Part shown: positions 35,878-45,688 of the stretch, one piece after another
Numbering within the stretch: position 1 is the stretch's first letter
Layout of the letters: the number at the start of each line of letters is the position of its first letter
Sequence record: SRR20825006_1008
Strand: one strand, 5' to 3'
DNA: 50,500 nt
Notes under the pieces: model-generated
The model's database searches: none
What the model was told of the DNA's origin: nothing
What the model saw: the letters and a program-made list of their open reading frames with translations, nothing else
Position numbers and translations under genes: made by a program

Positions 35878-36930
35878 GTGAAACAGACCTTACTGTTATT
35901 GCCAGGAGACGGGATTGGCCCAGAAGTTGTGGCCGAAGTTCGGCGCCTGGTGGACGTTCTGGCTCCAGATCTCCTGTTGGAAGAGGGGCTTGTTGGCGGA
36001 GCATCCTTTGATGCCCACGGGACACCGTTGAACGAGGATACGCTGGAGCAGGCCCGTCGATCGGATGCGGTTCTGCTTGGCGCGGTTGGTGGGCCGAAAT
36101 GGGCGGGTACGGCGCGCGACAAGCGCCCGGAAGCTGGCCTGCTGGCATTGCGCAAAGGCCTCGATGTTTTTGCGAACTTGCGGCCCGCTTTCTGTTTCCC
36201 GGCATTGGTCAGCGCCTCCAGCCTGAAGCCTGAAGTGGTCGAAGGCCTGGACATCATGATCGTCCGAGAGCTGACAGGGGGTGTCTATTTCGGCACGCCC
36301 CGCGGCATCGATGAGAAAGGCGGACTGCGCCGGGGGTATGACACGTCGATTTATACGCACCCGGAAGTTGAACGTGTTACGCGTGTTGCTTTCGAAATCG
36401 CGCGTGGCAGGGATGGCCGTGTCTGTTCGGTAGAAAAATCGAACGTCATGGAGACCGGCCTGTTCTGGCGTCAGGAAGTCACATTGGCGCATGCCGAGTT
36501 CGGCGCTGGCGTCGAACTCAGCCACATGTATGCGGATGCTTGTGCAATGGAGCTCGTCCGAGCGCCGAAACAGTTCGATGTGATTCTTGCCGGTAATCTG
36601 TTCGGGGATATTCTCTCTGACGAAGCCGCCATGCTGACCGGGTCCATCGGAATGCTGCCCTCAGCGTCCCTTGGAGCGGATGGTACGCCGGGCCTCTATG
36701 AGCCGGTGCACGGTTCGGCGCCGGACATTGCGGGACAGGGTATCGCAAATCCGTGTGCAGCCATTCTGTCGCTTGAAATGGCCCTCCGCTGGTCTCTGGG
36801 GCGTGAAAAAATCGCCGACAGGCTCTTCGCAGCAGTGGGCAAGGCTTTGGAAGATGGCGCCCGTACGCGAGATCTTGGGGGAGAGCTCAAGACTCACCAG
36901 ATGACGGATGCAATTATCGCAGCGCTTTAA
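35878..36930 (+). CDS. leuB: 3-isopropylmalate dehydrogenase
   Basis: [46 protein letters not shown] start. Confidence 0.96.
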   Translation: MKQTLLLLPGDGIGPEVVAEVRRLVDVLAPDLLLEEGLVGGASFDAHGTPLNEDTLEQARRSDAVLLGAVGGPKWAGTARDKRPEAGLLALRKGLDVFANLRPAFCFPALVSASSLKPEVVEGLDIMIVRELTGGVYFGTPRGIDEKGGLRRGYDTSIYTHPEVERVTRVAFEIARGRDGRVCSVEKSNVMETGLFWRQEVTLAHAEFGAGVELSHMYADACAMELVRAPKQFDVILAGNLFGDILSDEAAMLTGSIGMLPSASLGADGTPGLYEPVHGSAPDIAGQGIANPCAAILSLEMALRWSLGREKIADRLFAAVGKALEDGARTRDLGGELKTHQMTDAIIAAL

Positions 36931-37724
36931 GCTATGCGCGTCTTCCGTGTCCCGGCCGCTGGTGGCGGCTGCGGAGGGCCCGCAAAGCACTGCGCTTGTG
37001 TCATCCAGGATTGAGCAATATTTCCGGATACGGAAAGACTTGTGTCCGCCACGTTGCGTACCTGCGTTACGACTTGGCAGAATTCTTCTGCGCGGCCTGC
37101 AATCCGCTCATCATCTTGTTCTTCGCCATACGTCCAGATTTCGCCGGACGGCGCGGTAAGGGACAGGAAGGGCATCGGCCCCGGAGCCGGGAGTTTCCGG
37201 TTGGCAAAAGTCCACCCATAGGTGTTCACGCCCAGCACCACGATATTGCGGATACGGTCGCTATTCTCACGGACGACGCCCAGCTGGTCATAGACTTCCT
37301 GACCGTGCGCCCAGGTTTCCATAAGTCGCGCCGTGATCGAAGACCGCGCGCTCATGCTTGGGCCCACCCATTGCAGGCGCTGGGATGGATCGGTTTGAGC
37401 GAAGACATCTGCCGTACGGTCTGCCATGACAAGCCAGTCCTCCCGCAAGGCGCGGCCTGACAGGCCCTCGAAGTACGCATATTCATGGTCTGGAAGTGCG
37501 CCTTCGCGGAGTGCGTCCGTCAGGCCGGATACAAGCGCTTGAAATGCCGCCTCGTCTTTTACCGACAATAGCGCTGCGGTGTTCCAGAAATGCAGGTGGC
37601 GGAGAACCATGTCGATGGTCCAGTCCTTGAATGCGGTTTTCTGCGTATAGTCCGTATCGGACAGGGGTGCGATCAGCTCGGACAGGGCCAGCGATTCATC
37701 GAGGAAGTCTGCGGCTTGTTGCAT
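36927..37724 (-). CDS. TIGR03084-like DinB/MDMPI-family metal-binding protein
   Basis: T....WTI...[31 protein letters not shown]. Confidence 0.8.
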   Translation of the reverse strand: MQQAADFLDESLALSELIAPLSDTDYTQKTAFKDWTIDMVLRHLHFWNTAALLSVKDEAAFQALVSGLTDALREGALPDHEYAYFEGLSGRALREDWLVMADRTADVFAQTDPSQRLQWVGPSMSARSSITARLMETWAHGQEVYDQLGVVRENSDRIRNIVVLGVNTYGWTFANRKLPAPGPMPFLSLTAPSGEIWTYGEEQDDERIAGRAEEFCQVVTQVRNVADTSLSVSGNIAQSWMTQAQCFAGPPQPPPAAGTRKTRIA

Positions 37725-37729
37725 GAAGA

Positions 37730-38101
37730 TCAGCTATAATCCGCGATGCGGCAGAGCAGGTTTCCACGAAATTCGAAAAAGCTCGCGCCGCGTACTTTTA
37801 CGGTCTCGCCGGACTTGATGCCATTGGGCAGGTCTACGGCGGCCTTGCCTTCAAATTCGATCTCGGCCGCAGCTTTGCCGCCTCCACTGACAATGTTGAC
37901 CAGTCGCTGACGGCGATAGGAGAAGGCATTTCCTGACAATTCCGCGACCTGACGCATCATGTCCCTGCCATCCAGACGCATGGACTGACCCGTGTTGGAG
38001 ATATTTTCGAACACCACGTCTTCCGTCACGCAATCGAGCATTCCGTCGATATCACGGGCATTGTAACAGGCGAGGTAGCGGTTGATTACGTCATCAAGCA
38101 C
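37730..38101 (-). CDS. NTF2/SnoaL-like protein
   Basis: YLACYNARDIDGM...DVVFEN, RGASFFEF....I.DYS; GTG start with GGGAG RBS. Confidence 0.8.
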   Translation of the reverse strand: MLDDVINRYLACYNARDIDGMLDCVTEDVVFENISNTGQSMRLDGRDMMRQVAELSGNAFSYRRQRLVNIVSGGGKAAAEIEFEGKAAVDLPNGIKSGETVKVRGASFFEFRGNLLCRIADYS

Positions 38102-38223
38102 GAGGGCGGCTCCCAGTTCCGGGTTCAATCCGGTCTGCCTCAGCAGCGACACGTTGGCAACAGGCTTTAAATGGCGTCGAAGATGCGCCATAAGCCCGGT
38201 TCAATCTCAGGAGTAGAAATATC

Positions 38224-39264
38224 ATGGCCACTCGGATCGCAGTCGTTGGTGCAACAGGTAATGTCGGACGCGAACTGCTGAACATTCTGGAAGAACGCAT
38301 GTTCCCAGCCGACGAAGTCTTTGCCGTTGCTTCCCGCCGGTCGCTCGGCAAGGAAGTGTCCTATGGCGACCGCACGCTGAAATGCCACGATATTGAACAA
38401 TTCGACTTCACACAGGTTGACCTCGTCCTGATGTCGGCTGGCGGCGCCACCGCCAAGGAATGGGCACCGAAAATTGCCAAAGCCGGCGCGATCACGATCG
38501 ACAACTCGTCCGCATGGCGGATGGATCCGGACGTGCCGCTCGTCGTGCCAGAGTGCAACGGCGAAGCCGTGATGGGTTACGAAAAGAAGATGATCATCGC
38601 GAACCCGAACTGCTCGACTGCACAGCTCGTTGTGGCGCTGAAGCCGCTGCATGATGCCGTCGGTATCACCCGCGTTGTCTGTTCGACTTACCAGTCCGTA
38701 TCCGGCGCCGGCAAGGAGGCGATGGACGAGCTGTGGAATCAGACACGCGGCGTATTCGTCAATGACGAGCCGACCCCGGAAGTCTTCCAGAAGGAAATTG
38801 CCTTCAACGTCATCCCGCAGATCGACGTTTTCATGGATGATGGTTTCACCAAGGAAGAGTGGAAGATGCGCGTCGAGACGAAGAAAATCCTCGATGAGTC
38901 CATCGAACTGGTCGCGACCTGTGTGCGCGTGCCGGTCTTTGTCGGCCATTCCGAAGCCGTGAATGTCGAATTGGCCGGCCCTTTGAGCGCCAAGAAAGCC
39001 AAGGAAATTCTGCGCGAGAGCCCAGGCATCATGCTGGTCGATGATCCTGAAGACGAGCTCTACATCACGCCGAAGGAATGCGTGGGCGAATGGGCGACCT
39101 ATATCTCCCGCGTCCGCAAGGACCCGACGGTCGAAAACGGCATCGCCTTCTGGTGTGTCTCCGACAATCTGCGCAAAGGCGCCGCCCTCAACGCAATCCA
39201 GATTGCCGAAGAACTCCTCAATCGCGGCGTCCTGAAGCCAGAGAAACAGCCCGTTTCGAGCTGA
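38224..39264 (+). CDS. asd: Aspartate-semialdehyde dehydrogenase
   Basis: VVGATGNVG, IANPNCST, TYQSVSGAG, CVRVPVFVGHS, DNLRKGAALN. Confidence 0.97.
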   Translation: MATRIAVVGATGNVGRELLNILEERMFPADEVFAVASRRSLGKEVSYGDRTLKCHDIEQFDFTQVDLVLMSAGGATAKEWAPKIAKAGAITIDNSSAWRMDPDVPLVVPECNGEAVMGYEKKMIIANPNCSTAQLVVALKPLHDAVGITRVVCSTYQSVSGAGKEAMDELWNQTRGVFVNDEPTPEVFQKEIAFNVIPQIDVFMDDGFTKEEWKMRVETKKILDESIELVATCVRVPVFVGHSEAVNVELAGPLSAKKAKEILRESPGIMLVDDPEDELYITPKECVGEWATYISRVRKDPTVENGIAFWCVSDNLRKGAALNAIQIAEELLNRGVLKPEKQPVSS

Positions 39265-39265
39265 C

Positions 39266-39300
39266 ATAAAGAACCGTACCCTGTGAGGCAGGGTACGGTC
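39266..39300. terminator. Terminator hairpin between convergent asd and the DUF3857 gene
   Basis: ACCGTACCCTG-tgagg-CAGGGTACGGT perfect 11-bp stem. Confidence 0.75.
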
Positions 39301-39311
39301 TGATCGTGTAC

Positions 39312-42300
39312 CTAAAATCGACCCCAATACGTCTTGCTGGCAGTAACGCGGATGTGCCGTGCATGGGTCAGGAAGGCGTCTTCCACCTCTTTTCTTTGTT
39401 GAACCGTGGCAATCCGCTTGTGGAGCTTCTTCTGGTAGGCAGGCATTTCGCCGTCCTTTGTGGCATAGACAAAGCCGTAAAGGGCGGCGTCTCTGGAGCT
39501 GTCGTCGTCAAGTCGGTTGACCATCAGTTCTGCGGCGGCGTCTTCATCTCCGAGACACAGAAGCGTCAGCATGTGAGCAGAGGGGTTGGTATCGGCCAAT
39601 GGCATGAGCTGCTCATTGAGCGCGCTTGTTGCTTCTGACGTACGGCCAAGTTCATGCATCGCACAGACTTTGGCGCTGTAGATGTACATTTCGCCATAGT
39701 CGCTGGCAAAATGATCGTCGAGTTGCTCCAGTGCCTTGCTGGCGTCTAGGGCGTCCTCGAATCGGCCAGCGCTCAGGAACATATGCGCCCGATTGATTGC
39801 CATGCTGATCAATTGCGGATTTTCTTCGATCCCAAGGTCAAGAACACGGTCCATCAGCGCGATGGCCTCATCCGTGCGACCTGCATCTTCCAGAGCGTAG
39901 GCATACTCATTCACGAACCAATAGGCCTCGTCACCCACGGCTTCTATCCGCGCCCAATTTCCGATGAGATCCTCACCGAACACGATGGCGCGGTCATAAA
40001 GTCCAGCCTGCCTGAGGGCGTTTACATATCGACTTTGCACTTTGAAGTCAGAAGTATCTTCGAGAGCTTCCTTCTCGGATTGTTCGACGAACTGGTTCAG
40101 GGCAACTGTGAGGTCTGCACCGTATTTCGCCTCGATGTCGCTCCAGACAGGTTCGGTATCTCGCTTCATCAGAATGTGCGCCAGCATTTCAGGATCTGTT
40201 ATCTCGGTAACGACAGTTCTGGCTGTATCCACTTCCCCAGCCCGGACCAGGGGTTCGATCATGGCTGCATAGAGCCAGCGTTCGACATCTCCTTCCTTGC
40301 GGTTGGCGTATTGCGCCTTGCCCGCAGCGATGACGAGGCGGTCCTGCTCATCTCTTGCGCCAGACTCATCGAGTTCGCGCAGGAGTCCTCTCAACCATTT
40401 CATATTGACGCCTCCGATAGCGGAAGGGTGCTCGGTGAACAGCCGCTCCATGATTGCAGCAGCTTCGACGGGGGAATCCTCGCGAACCATGCCTGCATAG
40501 GAGAAATAGCTGCTGGTCCAGTCCGGCGTCGTAAGTTCGAACGCTTCGCGATAAGCCGCCAAGGCCGCGGAGGAACGTTTCCGCTCATCGAAGATCGCGC
40601 CTCTCAGCAATTGAATGTATCCCCGCACCGGCGTTGGATCGGGATTGGTTTCGAGCAGGGCAGCAAGCATTTCGAGCGCTTCAACGTGCTTCTTTTTTCC
40701 CAGAAGTAAGGAAACCTCCATAAGGGCTGTCTCTGTTTCCGCAGGCAGGGCTTCGGACAGGCCGAGCCGACGGGCAAATGTGGGGGAAGCCCGGTTAATG
40801 TAGACCTCAAGATAACCGATATCATCCAAGTCGTTTTTCAACTCGATGATGTCCATCGCATGTCCAGCCGCGACGGACCGTTCCGTCACTTTCAGTTCGT
40901 AATTCACAATCAGCCATTCGCTTCGCGCTTGATAGGCCTGCTTCACGCTCACCCCGTGAGCCTCGAGTGTGACGCCTTCGGGAACAGCGAGTGTCTTGCC
41001 GGGTACGTGAACTTTCACCGTATGAGCCGTGTAGGTCCCATAGGGTAGCCACATCTCGGCGGTCCGGTTGGCTTCAATGGATGCTGGAATTTCGCCGAGG
41101 ACCGCCGTTGCCCGCAGAGGCATGGATTTGCTCAGCTCGGCGGCCTCATAGGCCTCTTCCGAAATTGCGTACGCCTCGGTGATGGTGATTTCGTTGTGGT
41201 CCAAATCATCGGAGACTTCGATGGGTCGTGTGGCTGTGATTCCGGGATAGTATTCTGAATAATAGTCGAGATACTGACGACCCGTGTGGTCGATGCCATT
41301 ATTGGCGAGGCGAGTTCTTACCCCATCCGCATTACGTCCCCGGTACATGGTTCTTACGTCGAGCTGGGCATGGTCATAGGTGTCTTCTCCTCCCAGGAAG
41401 GTGATGACCTCCTCAATTTCTTCCTCAGGTTGTTTGGGAAACGAGCGCTCGATCAGTTCCAGATCCGTGGTTTCGGCCCGAATGGGCAGGGCATAACCAT
41501 AGTCCGGGATCGATAGCCGGGAGAGTGTTCCGCCCTGATGACTCAGGGTCGGGTCCAGCCAGATGCTTTTTCCATCCAGTTTCACGTGAACAATGGCGTG
41601 GTTAAAGGCCCCGACGATTACCGGACCGCCGGGAAGGGCGAAGCCGTCATATGTGCTGGCTAGCGCCGGTCGGGCATCAATGCCCAATTTCTGGAGGATG
41701 ACGGAGAGCAGCAGACTCTTGTCCTTGCAGTCCCCGTAGCTGCGCGTAAGCGTCACTTCCGGGGTTCGTGGTTTATGGGACCCCAAGCCGGCCTGCAGGC
41801 CAAGATAGCGAATTTCGCTCTGCACAATCCGCAAAGCTTGGACAATGCGGTCTTCCTTGTCCGGATATTGCCGGGCAAGCGCGTCGATGCGCGTTTCAAA
41901 ATCTGCAGGCAGGTCATAGTCCACGTCATACAGTCCCATGGCCCAGTCAACGACGTCGGCCCATTCGTCCATGGAGCTGAACGAGATATAGCCAAATAGA
42001 ACGTGACCATACGCGATGTTGGTTTCCAGCAGAACGGGCTCAGCATCTTGAATGCGGAACGAATAAACAAGGTCTGCCCCCACCCGGCTCGTTTCGACAG
42101 GTGTATCGGTTCCAACCCGCGTAATCGTGAGAGGGGCCTCGGCAGGGGCGAGCAACCGAAAGGATTGCGTCGCCACAGGGACCGACCATTCAACCGCCTC
42201 TGACGTAAAAAACTCTCCAGGCCACAGCGGTGTCGATACTTCTCCATGATAAGCGTAATCGATGATGTCACCGACGCGAACATCTTCGAGTTGGACGATG

Positions 42301-42734
42301 GCTGTTAGGGTGCCATCGAGAATGCCTTCATTCAGTTCGCTTTCCTGCTGGATCAGTTCAATCTCGGTGTCTGCCAGCCGGTCAATCCGTTTACCATCTC
42401 GAATGATATCAAGGCGGCTGAATGCAAGGGTCGTGTCTTCCGGATCGAAAGAGGGGGTAATGCGAGCGGCGGCTTCCAGACCGGTCCGCTCGGTGATCTC
42501 ATAGACCATCCGATCATAGTAATCGTATCCGTCGCCATCCCATTTCTTCTGTGTATCGGTCAGGAGAAACCCAATTCCATCGCGGATGGAGTTGGCGCGG
42601 TCATCTGGCATGTTCGAGATAGGCTGTTCGACCACCCAGTCTGGCGCGGGTGCCTTGATCTCCGCTTCTTCGGCGGCTGCCGACATCCAAAAGCCCGTTA
42701 TGATCGCCAGAAGCGACAGAACCAATACACGCAT
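39312..42734 (-). CDS. Secreted DUF3857 / transglutaminase-like cysteine protease domain protein with TPR-like C-terminus
   Basis: Signal peptide, APDWV, DVRVGDIIDYAY, GDCKDKS (Cys), FNHAI (His), WLDPT (Asp), helical repeats; start MRVLV. Confidence 0.82.
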   Translation of the reverse strand: MRVLVLSLLAIITGFWMSAAAEEAEIKAPAPDWVVEQPISNMPDDRANSIRDGIGFLLTDTQKKWDGDGYDYYDRMVYEITERTGLEAAARITPSFDPEDTTLAFSRLDIIRDGKRIDRLADTEIELIQQESELNEGILDGTLTAIVQLEDVRVGDIIDYAYHGEVSTPLWPGEFFTSEAVEWSVPVATQSFRLLAPAEAPLTITRVGTDTPVETSRVGADLVYSFRIQDAEPVLLETNIAYGHVLFGYISFSSMDEWADVVDWAMGLYDVDYDLPADFETRIDALARQYPDKEDRIVQALRIVQSEIRYLGLQAGLGSHKPRTPEVTLTRSYGDCKDKSLLLSVILQKLGIDARPALASTYDGFALPGGPVIVGAFNHAIVHVKLDGKSIWLDPTLSHQGGTLSRLSIPDYGYALPIRAETTDLELIERSFPKQPEEEIEEVITFLGGEDTYDHAQLDVRTMYRGRNADGVRTRLANNGIDHTGRQYLDYYSEYYPGITATRPIEVSDDLDHNEITITEAYAISEEAYEAAELSKSMPLRATAVLGEIPASIEANRTAEMWLPYGTYTAHTVKVHVPGKTLAVPEGVTLEAHGVSVKQAYQARSEWLIVNYELKVTERSVAAGHAMDIIELKNDLDDIGYLEVYINRASPTFARRLGLSEALPAETETALMEVSLLLGKKKHVEALEMLAALLETNPDPTPVRGYIQLLRGAIFDERKRSSAALAAYREAFELTTPDWTSSYFSYAGMVREDSPVEAAAIMERLFTEHPSAIGGVNMKWLRGLLRELDESGARDEQDRLVIAAGKAQYANRKEGDVERWLYAAMIEPLVRAGEVDTARTVVTEITDPEMLAHILMKRDTEPVWSDIEAKYGADLTVALNQFVEQSEKEALEDTSDFKVQSRYVNALRQAGLYDRAIVFGEDLIGNWARIEAVGDEAYWFVNEYAYALEDAGRTDEAIALMDRVLDLGIEENPQLISMAINRAHMFLSAGRFEDALDASKALEQLDDHFASDYGEMYIYSAKVCAMHELGRTSEATSALNEQLMPLADTNPSAHMLTLLCLGDEDAAAELMVNRLDDDSSRDAALYGFVYATKDGEMPAYQKKLHKRIATVQQRKEVEDAFLTHARHIRVTASKTYWGRF

Positions 42735-42903
42735 TGTAACCCCGCCAGTAAACAAACAGATTTCTTGTCAGGCTCAGTAAGAGCGGTGTCTGATATTCGC
42801 GTCAACACTGAAATGGAAGTTCGTATTGGTTGCGGATCAGATACTCGAGATGGTCGCATAATTCGGGTGGTGCCTGTTTGGAGTGACTGGTAAAGCCCGA
42901 TAG

Positions 42904-43812
42904 ATGAACACTGAAACTCGCCTCGGATTCTTTGCTGGCCTGGGGGCCTTTTTTATCTGGGGGAGCCTGCCGCTCTACATCCGGCTGATGCAGCACATCG
43001 GTGCGGCGGACCTGCTGGCACATCGCGTGGTCTGGTCCATACCGACTGCGCTGATCTTCATTGCGATTGCTGCGAACTGGCGGGACGTTCGGACAGCCCT
43101 GAAATGGGACAAGCTGAAATGGCTGCTTATCTCAGGCGCCCTGATCGGGTCCAATTGGGGATGTTACATCTGGGCGGTAAATGCTGGCCGGACGATGGAA
43201 GCGTCGCTCGGCTATTACATCAATCCGCTTGTGAACGTGATCTTCGGCATGATCTTCTTTTCCGAGCGCCTTCGGCCGGCGCAATGGGGCGCAGTAAGCA
43301 TCGCCGCTATCGGCGTTGCCATCATGACAGTGGCTTTCGGACAGGTGCCGTGGGTCGCCCTGTTTCTCTGCGTAACCTTTGCCTGTTACTCGCTGATCCG
43401 GAAGCAGGTCGCCATTGATAGTCGAGCGGGATTTCTGATGGAGGTTCTGCTGTTGGCGCCCGTCGCCCTGGCCTGGTTGGCCTGGCTCTCGCGCCAACCG
43501 GATGCGCAAGTATTCGGCAATGGGGGATGGGATGTCGCACTATTGATGGCGGCCGGCCCGATCACGTCTGTGCCCCTCATCCTGTTTGCCTTGTCAGCAC
43601 GTCGTCTGAAGCTCTCGACCATCGGCATGATGCAATATATCGGGCCGACCTTGCAGTTCCTGATCGCGGTTCTCGTGTTCCGCGAACCGTTCGGCTGGAC
43701 CCATGCGGCGGCTTTCGGTTTCATCTGGACGGCGTTGGCGATCTTCACCGCCGATAGTGTCATGGGCGACGCCAAGGCCCGGCGGCTCGCCCGCGCAGCG
43801 CGAGTCAGCTGA
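42904..43812 (+). CDS. rarD: EamA-family transporter RarD
   Basis: WG.LPLY, HRVVWS, EASLGYYINPL, QYIGPTLQF. Confidence 0.92.
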   Translation: MNTETRLGFFAGLGAFFIWGSLPLYIRLMQHIGAADLLAHRVVWSIPTALIFIAIAANWRDVRTALKWDKLKWLLISGALIGSNWGCYIWAVNAGRTMEASLGYYINPLVNVIFGMIFFSERLRPAQWGAVSIAAIGVAIMTVAFGQVPWVALFLCVTFACYSLIRKQVAIDSRAGFLMEVLLLAPVALAWLAWLSRQPDAQVFGNGGWDVALLMAAGPITSVPLILFALSARRLKLSTIGMMQYIGPTLQFLIAVLVFREPFGWTHAAAFGFIWTALAIFTADSVMGDAKARRLARAARVS

Positions 43813-43844
43813 AAAAATGCTCCGGGCGGTGAGCACCCGGAGCA
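43812..43844 (-). terminator. Intrinsic terminator (ends the candidate sRNA and the lysE transcript)
   Basis: TGCTCCGGGTG-ctcac-CGCCCGGAGCA-TTTTTT on the minus strand. Confidence 0.85.
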
Positions 43845-43876
43845 GGAAGATGTTTTGCATGATTGGAGTTGCCTCC
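43812..43876 (-). ncRNA. Candidate sigma54-dependent small RNA (~65 nt)
   Basis: Begins at the predicted +1 of a perfect sigma54 promoter; GGAG-GCAA-CUCC hairpin, 20-nt unpaired core, 11-bp terminator stem plus U6. Confidence 0.6.
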
Positions 43877-43888
43877 GATTTCACCTCC

Positions 43889-43903
43889 GCAAGGACTGTG
43901 CCA
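43889..43903 (-). promoter_or_regulatory. sigma54 (RpoN) -24/-12 promoter
   Basis: Minus strand TGGCACAGTCCTTGC matches TGGCAC-N5-TTGC exactly. Confidence 0.7.
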
Positions 43904-43904
43904 G

Positions 43905-44528
43905 TCAGGAGACCGAACGTCCGGTCGAGACGGCGATCCACACGGCGATTCCAAGCAGCATGATGGCAAAGGTGCCGCGCAGGAGGGGAGCGGTCCGATA
44001 AGCTTCCAGTTTTTGGCCAAAACGGGACCCGGCAAGTACAATACTCGTATGGATGGTCGTCGCGACCACCAGGTGGATGACGCCCAGCGCAACAATCTGC
44101 AACCAGATTGGTCCTGCGGTATCGCTGGCGAACTGCCCGACGACGACGAGATAGAACACAAGCGCTTTGGGATTCAACAAATTCGCAGCCAGACCCCGCC
44201 AGAAGCCCGCCGCCTTGTTTCGATTGAGTGGTGAGACGGATCCGGTATCCCGCCAAGCCTCAACGGCGAGATAGACCATGAATGCGACGCCTGCCCATCG
44301 CAGCGTGTCGTAGAGCATGGGCATTCCGGCGAGCAGAGCCGACAGGCCTGTGGCCGCAGCCACCAACTGGGCCGCCAGCCCCAGTGTGATGCCTGCGACA
44401 GCGCGCATTCCCGCTGCGCGGCCCTGCTGCGCCGACAGCGCGGCGAGCCATCCCATATTGGGACCAGGCGTCAATTCCACTGCCCCCATGGCAATCAGGA
44501 ATGCGGCCCAGTCAATATGGTTCAGCAT
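43905..44528 (-). CDS. LysE family translocator
   Basis: ELTPGPNM, NLLNPKALVFY. Confidence 0.88.
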   Translation of the reverse strand: MLNHIDWAAFLIAMGAVELTPGPNMGWLAALSAQQGRAAGMRAVAGITLGLAAQLVAAATGLSALLAGMPMLYDTLRWAGVAFMVYLAVEAWRDTGSVSPLNRNKAAGFWRGLAANLLNPKALVFYLVVVGQFASDTAGPIWLQIVALGVIHLVVATTIHTSIVLAGSRFGQKLEAYRTAPLLRGTFAIMLLGIAVWIAVSTGRSVS

Positions 44529-44531
44529 GGA

Positions 44532-45650
44532 TCAGAGGCAGTCATAGACCGCTTCAACCAGTCGTACCGCACGCGGGTCACCCACGAGAATATTGGATTG
44601 CTTGTTCATGACATAGGCGCACGTCAAACCATTGCGCTGATCAGCTATCGCCATGGAGCCCCCCCAGCCACAATGGCCGAGCGTGGTGGGTTCAGGTCCG
44701 AACATGCCGTGAGTGTTGTGCATGATGCCAGCGCCGAAGCTGGTGATCATGGGCAGAACCAGATCCGGTCCATGTGTTCGCGCCGTGCTGAGTGCCTCGA
44801 AAGTGGCGTTGCTCATGACACCCTCGCCATTGGTCGTGTAGGTCTCATAGAGTTGCGCGACCGAGAGCGCTGTTCCGTGGCCGTTTGCCGACGGAATTTC
44901 GATCTCGCGCCAAATGGCTCCACCGCGATTTGGGGCGGCCCATTTGCTGACAAATGCTGCGCGTCGCGGGGGGGTAATCTCTCCGAGTTCTGCCAATTCT
45001 CGCGGTCGCTGGATGTCGGCACAGCGATCATGCTCGCTGGCGGGTGTGCCGATCATGAAGTCGACGTTCGGAAACAGCAAATTTAGCGTCGTACCGAGCG
45101 TTTCGCCACTGATGCGCCGTGCAATCTCTCCGACGAGATAGCCCCAGGTCAGGGGATGATAGCCATGCGCGCTGCCCGGTGACCACATCGGAGCCAATTC
45201 CGCCAGTGCGGCGGCGCAGGCGGGCGGATCGAGCCAGAGCTCAGGGTCGATCTCTTCCGGAAAGCCGGGCAGGCCGGCTTGGTGACTCGCAACTTCGGCA
45301 ATTGTGACCGCGCCTTTTCCATTGGCTGCAAATTCGGGCCATACATCGGCCACGGGCGTCTCAAAGCCGCCCGGCAGGCGCTCCACCAGATGGGCCAGGA
45401 CGATGGCTGCGATACCTTTGGTGGTCGAATAGACCGGGACGAGGGTGGTGTCTGACCATGGGTGTTCCTTCTTCCGGTCAGCCCAGCCGCCGACCAGGTT
45501 CACGACGACTTTGCCGTCCTTGATGACGGCGAATCCGGCGCCGAGCTCCTCGCCATTCTCGAAGTTTTTTTCGAAGACGCGGCGAACAGATTCAAATCCG
45601 CTGTCGGCATGTCCGGCCATTGGCCAGCTGTCAGATGTTGTATCAGTCAT
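44532..45650 (-). CDS. Serine hydrolase, beta-lactamase class C/esterase family
   Basis: S-T-T-K (SxxK), HQAGL, GYHPLTWG, GHCGWGGS; start MTDTT. Confidence 0.88.
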   Translation of the reverse strand: MTDTTSDSWPMAGHADSGFESVRRVFEKNFENGEELGAGFAVIKDGKVVVNLVGGWADRKKEHPWSDTTLVPVYSTTKGIAAIVLAHLVERLPGGFETPVADVWPEFAANGKGAVTIAEVASHQAGLPGFPEEIDPELWLDPPACAAALAELAPMWSPGSAHGYHPLTWGYLVGEIARRISGETLGTTLNLLFPNVDFMIGTPASEHDRCADIQRPRELAELGEITPPRRAAFVSKWAAPNRGGAIWREIEIPSANGHGTALSVAQLYETYTTNGEGVMSNATFEALSTARTHGPDLVLPMITSFGAGIMHNTHGMFGPEPTTLGHCGWGGSMAIADQRNGLTCAYVMNKQSNILVGDPRAVRLVEAVYDCL

Positions 45651-45688
45651 CGGTGTTGGCTCGCATAAACCGAACTGGCCGACAAGCG

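Noticed and set aside
38167-39327. 386-aa minus-strand ORF
   Set aside because: Antisense shadow of asd.
43594-43860. ORF MQNIFLLRVL... starting inside the candidate sRNA with GGAGG upstream
   Set aside because: It runs through the intrinsic terminator and antisense into rarD, and its SD is sequestered in the 5' hairpin; a non-coding reading fits better.
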